Assembly (NCBI GenBank): GCA_022605425.2
Contig: JAKIMF020000007.1
Location: 1,374,880-1,438,879, forward strand
Length of the DNA stretch: 64,000 nt
Source: Hamiltosporidium tvaerminnensis FI-OER-3-3
Taxonomy: Eukaryota > Fungi > Microsporidia
Direction of reading: 5' to 3'
Shown: positions 54,918 through 64,000 of the stretch, in pieces
How positions within the stretch are numbered: the first letter of the stretch is position 1
Layout of the letters: each line of letters begins with the position of its first letter
Notes under the pieces: model-generated
Database searches by the model: none
Told to the model about the DNA's origin: nothing
What the model saw: the letters and a program-made list of their open reading frames with translations, nothing else
Translations under genes and position numbers: made by a program

Positions 54918-57900
54918 TTGTCCGGATGTTCGTAATACGCATAAAAAAACAACCAATACCTTACACACAAAAACTTCCAATTATGGTAAATTTTATAAGT
55001 TTATTAAGCTTAAACCTTCAAAATCATATGAGAAGGGAAAATACTTACCCATATTGATGAATATTACACATTGATATGTAATAAGAAATTTGAAGAGCAA
55101 TGAATTAAAAATAAATATAAATCTATCAAAACAAGATAAAATTAGACATTTTTTGAAAACATATACTTTTTTTTATTATAATATCAAAGGTTGGAATAAA
55201 TATACTTGTTTTATAAATTGAAAAACTGCTTGTGCAAGTATCAAAGTAGAACGACAAATAAAAAACATACGAATGCCCTTAAAAAAATTAAAAAAAAGGT
55301 AGATTTGAATAAAAAGAACAAGAAATGTGAAAATGAGTAGATAAAGATTTATCTAATTAAATAAAGTCAAATGAACTAGTTAGAACTAAAAATGCTAAAC
55401 TAGAAAAAAATTAATCTAAACAATTAAAAAAGTAAAATATTAAACGTAAAAAAGGAATGAAAGGTAAATAAATTAAAAATGTAATAGAGTCATATCTTCA
55501 AAAGACGAATTTAATATTTTAACAACTATTAATAATACTAATTTAATACTATAGATAAATAAAGACCTAAATAGTAATTTAAATCCAAATAATAAGCTAA
55601 TATATTTATATGACTCGAAATTATCCCCAGCATATATAGAACTATTACTTTAAAACCTTTCACGTAAATTTAGAAAAATATAAGTTAACTTAAATATTAC
55701 AAGACTACTCTGCATTGTGATCATACTTAAAAATATTATTTCGTATAAATACATTTACTTTCTTAAATGTTATATTATTTGTTATCTAAAGAAAGGATTA
55801 GCTTTAATTACTACTTTTTCCTGTAAATATTTTTAACAATGCCTTATGAGACGTACCTTTAAATACTTAGAGAAGAAAAAACAAACAAGCTATTCTATAC
55901 CAAATATTATTTAACCTCTGTCTATTTCAATGCATTTAAAATTTCTTTTATTTTTTTACACAACTATATTACATTTTTATACATAAATTAGAATATGTTA
56001 GACTTTATATCAATTTCTTACAATGAAAATTCATTTCGAATCGAAAAATATAAATTTAACACGGATTCACAAGCTGAAATACTATTAATTCAAAACTTTT
56101 ATTTGAAACAAACTAAAATATTTCACGCATTTACGTTACCTTATAATATCGAATGATATCTGTACAAGCAGAAATTTGAATAAAAAGATTGACCTTCTAA
56201 TTTTTTTTTAAAAAAGCTTTTATTTAGATGTTTACAAAGTAGAATTTTTAGGTTTATAAATAACTGTATATTGTTAATTTTTTTTGTTCTATTATTAGAT
56301 AAAATCTTACATATGTCTCATTTTATCAACAAATTAAATCTTAAACAAAATCCATTTCGATATGAATCTTTAAAATATAAACACTGTTCTAAATATAGAC
56401 ATTCTATATATTCATGTATGATATATTTTAAATAAAGTTTAATTTTTTTTTATTACATTTTTTAATTTCTACTATTTTCTATTATTTTTACAAATTTTGA
56501 AATTCAAAAGAAAACTTAATATATTTAGAACTGTAAAAATATGTATACCACTTTTAAAATGATACATCAATTAATTTTATATAATTAAATCAAAGTGAGA
56601 GTCATCTAACGATTAAATGTATAATTTATTAAAATTTATTGGATTTTGCTATACTTAGAATGAAAAATTATTAAATAACTTAATCACAAATTAAAATTTA
56701 ATAAAATAAGAATATACCATACAAAAGTACTAATAGAAATCAAGCATTGGATATATCAGCCTTCTTCATATCTTAAGATAGGAAGAATAATTATACCACT
56801 CGATTTTTGTAGTTTTATAAAATAAAAATTTAACCAAATTTGTAAAATGTTTTATTAAATATATAAGTATTCTGTTCTTTGAACACTTAAGATATAAGAA
56901 AGATTTTGAAATTATTTTTTAATAATAGGATTAATTTTCCTTTAATTTTTTTAATTTTATTACTTTAACCAAATACTTATTTTACTGTAAAATGTACAAA
57001 AATGATGAATAAATATATCTAATTTTCAGTTTTATTAGCATAAAATTCAACTAAAAACAATAAAAAAATGAATAATCGTTTGAAATATGAAATTTAATTC
57101 ATTATTTTATTTGAACACCATAATTCAGAATTATTTTATGAAAATCAGAAAAAATTCAACAAATTTAAATCAAAATACAAAAATAAATTATAAAACAAAA
57201 AAAGCATTTAATAAATTGATAAATAAATCATTTTCTTTCCAGTAATTTAATTTCAAATCTTACAATCGAATTATCACAGTATGCTATCCAAATTTAAATA
57301 TTTCAAGAGAATATAGTTTCGGGACATATATCTATGTGGTAATCTCTTTTAAGATAAATTTTAGACAGTGTTATCGCTTCTCTCAACTCTTTTTTCCACT
57401 GATTCTTTTTCAAAACATTTGTATCTTTCAAGGCACTCAGCTTATCAAGGTCTTTTACGTGTTGTTTTCATCTAAAACTATCAAAAAAACCACTCTAAAA
57501 TTAAAGTAAACGTAAAGACATCTGAATACAATCATTGCTTTGATTTCTATTTTTTAACTATCTCACAAAAATTGTTCATGACATTTTTTTACAAAGAAAA
57601 CAAAGTAATTTATCTTTAGTTTTTTCTTAGGTTTAGGTAGGTTCTTATGTGGGACAGTAATCATAAGATATATTAAGAAGAATAAAACAAAAAAAAATAA
57701 TATATTTAAAAATACAAAGATGGAAAAAAGTAACATATAAGAAATTCAATTTTATTTTATTTATGAATTATAAATAGTACTTTAAATTCAACTCCACCAA
57801 AAAATATTTCGTACTTAGTTACAGTTGAAATATTATTAAAACGAAATTATAATTCAATCAAGTTTTAATTTTATTTTAATCATTCATATATTGAATGTAA

Positions 57901-58849
57901 TATCGTTTAGTTTCCAAACTATATTACTCCATAACAAGTTTGGAAACTATACAGATTTTCATTTCAGAATAGAAATGATGAAACCTTTTATATTTTGTAT
58001 AGAACCGACACAGTGTTGTAGTCCTGGGAAATACTACTTTGTTTCCCTTTTTAGAGAAAAAATCGGAATTTATTTTTATTTCTTTACATTTTTGTTTTGT
58101 GTTCTGAAAAATCTAAAAACACATATGGGTTTTTGATATAGGAAAAACATATTAAGATATTTAAATTGAAAAATACTAAAACAAGTCATTTTTCTATTAA
58201 TTAGTTAAAACATTCCGTATTTTGAGAATAAAAATATTTTACTTGCGATAATTTTAAAAAAGAAGTGTAGTTTCTTAATTTTGTATTTTAAAATGATCTA
58301 CAAGGTGAAGTAGTTACTCTTCTAGTTTCTAATCTATATAAACATCCTTATGAAAACTAGATCCACAGTAAAATGACCTTACAAAGTTAGAGGGAATCTT
58401 TTAAATTGAAGAAAGCCAAAAAAGAAACTTTGAAACTAAGTTTGAATGTAACTTTCCCCCATAAATTTCGACCTAACCTAGATATACGAAATTAGGTTAA
58501 CTATCTCTATCCGTAGCTTACATACTTCTTTGTGAATCCCAAGGAAACTACTTCGCACTTTTCCTTAGTACTTCGGACATTTTTTATTAAAATTGGGAAA
58601 AAATACTTCAATTTTCCCGATCTTCCTCATACGTTTTTTTCACAGATTAGGCTAGCATTAAAATATTTTTTCTGAATTGTATAAAGTAAATAATTCAATA
58701 TTCCTTAACTTTCATAAATATATATTAAGAGTAAGTGTAAACCGATTCTTATCTCCTTTACATAAATAATATTTTATAACCTTTTTGGGTTTCCTACACT
58801 AAAGTATGCAATAAACCAGTTCATTTTATTTCGTCGAACCCATTTACTA

Positions 58850-61400
58850 TTTATCTATGAGCTTAAATAAATCTCCCTGAATTTCCATACTTCATTTGGA
58901 TTTAATTTCAAGTTAGAAAAATTCATTTTACATTCCTTAACATGTTTTTCAATGCTTTAAAATTACTTATAGTTTAGGAAACCCCATTTTTTTAAAAAGA
59001 ACACAACTCTAGTATAGATGCTATACCTCACGCATTAACCATAAAATAAAACCAGTTTTTTTGTAAGTTTAATTCAAATAGGTCAAGAAAATTTAAATGA
59101 CTAACGTATTGTCATAAAAGTGAATTAAAGTTATTAAAATTTAAAAAGATTAACTGTAACTACAGGATATTATTTTATCTTTTTTTTATGGTAAACATTC
59201 CCACCGAATCTTTTCTAATATCCAATTCTGTCCAATATTTGGACTTTTTGAGATTCGATTATGACAATTTAAATTAATGATCTTGATAGGGTTATTACCT
59301 ACCAATATATTCTTAATAAATGAATTCATTTATTTAGGTAATTCTGACTTTAGTCAAGATCGGTTGAGTTCTTTCACACGCTCTTTGAATCATAGTAGGA
59401 AACTATGAAAATAATTAGAAATATGTTTCTTTTAGAATATAAATCAACTCAAACGATGTAAGATAGAAAATTCATGTCTAAATATTCTAGTAATATATAA
59501 GTTAATCGTGTATTAATTCTATGGCTTCAACATCAAGATTTATATCTCAAGATAAAATATATCTCGGAACTTTCATAGGAAGATTGTCTTAAGTCACCTA
59601 TAGAAGATGCTAAGGATTAAAAACGCGATCTATTTAGTTTTTGTAATTTTTAATAATCAAAAGTCTTTCATTTTATATTTTAATTAGACAAGTCATAAAT
59701 TTGATATGATAATCTACAAATCAACAAAGAATATCTTAGAAATTATACTTTCATTATAATATATGAATAATTTCATATAACTAACATTCTTTTTTGGTCT
59801 TCATACATTAATATCGCAACTATAAATATATTTACATTTCAAATGTTACAAATATTTTGTAATTCACCCTTGTATAATCAGTTCTTTATTTTTAGGAGAT
59901 TTCTTCGAAGCTTTATATCTATTAAGAAAAATATAAAAGAAATATTCTAGAAAAATGAGTCAATTAATTTAAATTATACTTTATTACATTTATCATTTAT
60001 GTTTTTGATTTATTTTTCTTTATACCATAACAAAAATATTATCTAAATTAGGTTTTCATTAAATCATTTTTCGTGGTAAAACGTATTGCTTTGTAAACAA
60101 GTTAAATATCTAAGAAAACTAAAAAAATACATATAACCATACTATTTAAAAATTAATAAGCAATTATCTATAAACTAGGTAGACGAATAAATAAAATTAA
60201 AATTGTATAATAAGTAATGTATAAACTGTTATTTAAATTAGTTTTAATATAGAAGTAGTATAATAAAAATATAGTTATCATTTCAAAACATTTTAATGTA
60301 TTATATTTTTTATCTAAATTTCATTCTTTAGATCTTTTCAATGCAATAATGTATAGTCTAATAAAAATAATTTACAAAATCAAAATATTTAATACATTTA
60401 TATTAATAACAACTAATCTGGTTCACACTGGCTATATATTATGAAACAAAATATTTATTTATATGGATATATTGAGACGAATCAAATTTTTAAATTATTA
60501 TATAGATTGTTTTGCATATGAATCAAAAATTAATGTCTGTATAAATCTAAATAATATCATATCCATTTCAAAAAAAGCAATAATATATTTTTTCATATAT
60601 ATTCTCATTAAAGTATTATATATAAGATATAGATACACCTTAACACATTATCTTTCTTTATATTAGATTTAGTTTCTTTTTAAGTAACATAAACAATACT
60701 ATATAATTAAACGCTATTAAAGATTGCATCAATTAAGAAAAAGTAAAAAGTATAAGGTTATATAGAAATCCAGAGGTACGCATAAACCCCATATATGATT
60801 AATGTTTCAGACAATATATTGAAGGCTTCTAAAAACAATTTCACAAAATTTAATACAGTCATATTTAGATCGAACACAACGTATTATGATCAAGATAAAA
60901 AAATCTTAGTTTTAGATAATGAGTTATGTTTTTAATTGTCCGAATGTTCGTAATAAGCATAAAAAAACAAAAAATACCTTACACACAAAAACTTCCAATT
61001 ATAGTTAATTTTAAAAGTCTATTAGGCTTAACTCCTTAAAATAATATGAGAAGAGGTAAAACTTATTTATATATCAAAATATAACATAATGATATAAAAT
61101 AAGAAATTTTATGAAACCTGAATATAAAATAAATATAAATTTCTCAAAAAAAGATAAAATTATACATTAGTTCTAAAAAAATAACTATAATCTCTAAATC
61201 AAAGATTAAATTAACCAGATTTGCTTTAGTTGAGGAAAAACTGTTTGCAAGAGTGTCGAGTTACATAGCAAATGAAAAAAAATGGTTGGTCGTAAAAATG
61301 ATACCATACTAAAGTGATTGTTAAAATAATAACGTAGTAGAATAATAATTTAAGCAAATTCACACAAACAAAACAGGAAATAAAAAAATGGAAAAAAGCA
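58850..61400. repeat. Fifth paralogous cassette (shared 3' ~2.5 kb)
   Basis: Aligns to ~16300-18800. The word CAAGATC.G.TGAGTTC occurs near 59355, 16745 and 47365, with related words near 40208 and 53375. Confidence 0.85.
60795..60935 (+). CDS. Candidate 46-aa microprotein MINVSDNILKASKNNFTKFNTVIFRSNTTYYDQDKKILVLDNELCF
   Basis: Open ATG..TAA; CCCC upstream; 5 of the 10 codons differing from the 54777 copy are synonymous. Confidence 0.5.
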   Translation: MINVSDNILKASKNNFTKFNTVIFRSNTTYYDQDKKILVLDNELCF

Positions 61401-64000
61401 TATTAAAGAAGAAATATATTAGGAACCTAATAACAAACATTTAGACCACTAGAAAAATTAAAAATACTTCACGCTTTAGCTTTATTTAAAACTCAAATTT
61501 CGTATTATTAAACAAATTAGACACGTTCCATGTTAGTAGAGCATAGTCTAACATAAAAAAAGATGATTTCAGTCTTTCTTTCCCAAGAAACGAATAACAG
61601 CGTCAAAATCATCCTATTTTGTCTTCTTACATATTCCATAAATGCCTTAAAGCAACAATTAGTAATTCTCTTTACATCATAATAACGCACGATGTTGATA
61701 TATTTGAATATTCTTTTGTTATCTAGAAATCAAGCTTATTAAAAATCCTTCAATATTTTCTTAGGAATCACTTTAGTATTATTAAAATAATATTAATATG
61801 TAGTTTTAACAGAACAATAATTTTGGTATTATTTTCCATTAATTCCTTAAGAATATTAATTTTTTTTCATTAATAAATTTAAAGCCAAGGGAAAGATTGT
61901 GACGCACTGATCTTCCTAAGTTGTTTCTATAGTAGTAGAGCATATGGAAAAACACTGGGTGTATTATAACACATCCCCAAACAGTACTTCAAGACACATC
62001 TCAATTATCTCCGTTGCTAGGAAAAACGTGTTATGAGCCGATAAAATTAAGAATTGATAATCTAATATAAGTCTAACATACCCAACATAGCCTCTCAACC
62101 CGAGTTTAGAAGATTTTGCAGTCATTTTCGCCTTTTTTCTCAGAAGATATTTATTAATACAATTGCAGCTTTTAAAGCCTTTTTTCTTGGTTGTCTGACA
62201 GTAAAATTCGTATCAACGCCTTTTAAACAAAAGGGATATCTAAGATACTTGAAAAGGCATTGGTTTTCAACACTAATATTATTAATAAATATTTTAATCA
62301 TATTTCAGCAATTATAAGAGTAGTTCTTTTCTTTCAAAATATATGCATTATTAGATGAAGGGCTTTAAATGCATCTGATATTCTTCTTAATCCGTTCCAA
62401 ACTACTACAATAAAGCAAAACATCTTCTAATTACCTAAATATATTATTCCTCAGATGAGAAGAGACATAGAAAATCAAATAATCAAAGACAATATTGAAC
62501 TAACTTAAGAATATCCCAGGTCTTTGCGGTAACTCTTTGCAAAAAGTAGTAAATTTTGTTTTCAGATTATACTCTATCAATAAATATAAATTATTCTGAA
62601 GTAATTCCGCAATCAATAGAGTATTATTCGCGGTAAAATCTTGATACAACATGAGCTTCTTATATAAGCGTTGCTATAGCCCGATTCATAAGCTGATTTC
62701 TTATCGATCGTTACGAAAAATATCACTACTACTTTCTAAAATATGTTCTATCTGAGCTATTAGTAAAAGCTGAGTTATTCCGTGTGTAACCAGTTTTTTT
62801 CTTTTATAAAACGAACTCGAATTTTGTAAATATGCTCTTTTCAAACAATTTACAAGTTTTTTCATTAGTGCAAGATTCTTGTATAATTTATTTCTCCTTT
62901 TTATTGCTGTAATTGTATTTAGTTTTCACGCCTTTGGTACTTCTCGCAAAAAAATAAAAGAATTAAAATAATTATTTGAATGAAAGAAATATATCTATGA
63001 ACATGTTTATAAAAGTGCATTTTTTCTCTCTAAAATCACCCCAGACTTAATAGGCCGTAGTAGCTTTATTTCCTTTTTTAAATTCAACATAAGATTATAC
63101 TAACTAACCTATCCCCAATTCTCTTTTATAATAATTAAAACTGTCATTAAATTTTTTAAGTGTATCTTTAAATAGTGTCAACAGAATACCAAAGTATTGT
63201 TACTCACTACTGAACCATAAGCTTCGTATTTATTTACCAACACACGCGTTCTTTTTTTTACTACATTGAACAACCTTACTAAACCAAATCGTTAACCGGA
63301 TTTGAATTCTAATATTAGAATTAGCTTGCTCTGAATAACTAATCTTCCTTTCATTTTTCCGATCAACTCTTAAATTTCTTTAAAATTTAAGTCAGTTATC
63401 GTTCTCTCAGCTCTTTCAGATTCTTTTTAAATTAGCTATGATAGGGTTGTGCAATTATGAGAAACTTGTCTTTTGATTTTCAAACTCTTCGATGCTTCAA
63501 CTTAAATATCTTGCAATAATTCGAGTTTTTCTTTATTCGGTAATTTATTCAACAGAATTCATTTCTAGAAGTTAAAACTTAAATTTTATTGCTTAAAGGT
63601 TTTTTTAGCGTCTTATCTTTTAATTAATTGATATTAAACATAGAATTTAATGTAAAATTAGCTCTATTCAAAAACACATTTATCAGTTTGTGATAAAAAT
63701 TTTAATTTTATGAAGTTCCGGTCGTACCTTAAATTTTGAAAAGTACATATGCTAGGGTAGAACATTATTCTAGTGCTTAAAAAGTAAAAGAATATATTTT
63801 CATTTCATACGATCCGAACTCTACGTGCTTGTCGAGAACAAATTATTCGTATGCTACTGCATTATCCAGATTGTAGCCCCTTAGCTTAATATCTTCATAT
63901 CAGCAAATTTTCTTATCTTAGCCTTTAGTAAATGTAATGCATTATTTAAACGTGACTTGTAAAGGAAAATTAGAATATATTTTTGTACCTTGATACAAAC

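Larger units (their letters stand above)
50540..55480. repeat. Segmental duplication B, copy 2 (cassette 4)
   Basis: Direct-orientation paralogue of 37330-41850; the terminal part is closest to 60750-61170. Confidence 0.9.

Noticed and set aside
54734-55030. Alternative genetic code (TAA/TAG = Gln): a minus-strand frame here has only TAA stops, and some TAA codons align with CAA
   Set aside because: The paralogue at ~60890 puts TGA in that frame, flanks have frame-breaking indels, the RLE element ends on TAA, and CAA-to-TAA is the expected decay in AT-biased DNA
9381-60666. Remaining short F/I/L/Y/K-rich ORFs (e.g. 9381, 11656, 13300, 21599, 23907, 28042, 33835, 38062, 42964, 57891, 60463)
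   Set aside because: Composition-driven, no motifs, and no matching ORF-track entry in the paralogous copy where one exists
41561-61036. Conserved blocks as LTRs of tandem LTR retrotransposons
   Set aside because: No TG..CA ends, PBS/PPT or gag-pol remnants seen; homology extends kilobases upstream
61488-61725. Minus-strand stretch FKYINIVRYYDV...FMEYV resembling kinase subdomains IV-V
   Set aside because: No Gly-loop, VAIK, HRD or DFG found nearby; too short to call

Overview
Very AT-rich (about 20-25% GC by eye), eukaryote-like window with no recognisable intact housekeeping gene, tRNA or rRNA. The retroelement type, the AGGGTGTTA low-complexity repeat and the composition recall large-genome microsporidia such as Hamiltosporidium; this is recollection and inference, not a database result. 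Contents: (1) a 5'-truncated RLE-type non-LTR retrotransposon with an exact 13-bp target-site duplication (826-1864, minus strand); (2) a near full-length but decayed APE-RT LINE (~4.1-8.9 kb, minus strand) with GNRA hairpins at both ends; (3) two diverged ~190-bp tandem satellite arrays (~18.8-23.3 kb and ~29.85-33.35 kb) that bracket a gene-free core and an AGGGTGTTA minisatellite; (4) five paralogous, mosaic cassettes spaced 6-7 kb apart where adjacent, ending near 18.4, 41.8, 49.1, 55.0 and 61.0 kb. Their bodies are decayed coding sequence, but each ends in a conserved ~285-bp block holding a 46-codon microORF that is below the ORF-track cut-off. The microORF has a TATA-like word and a CCC motif upstream, third-position-biased variation, and a frame change at TTT-TAA shared by all five copies. 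Most other ORF-track entries are antisense shadows or chance ORFs. Boundaries of the duplications and arrays were estimated by eye.
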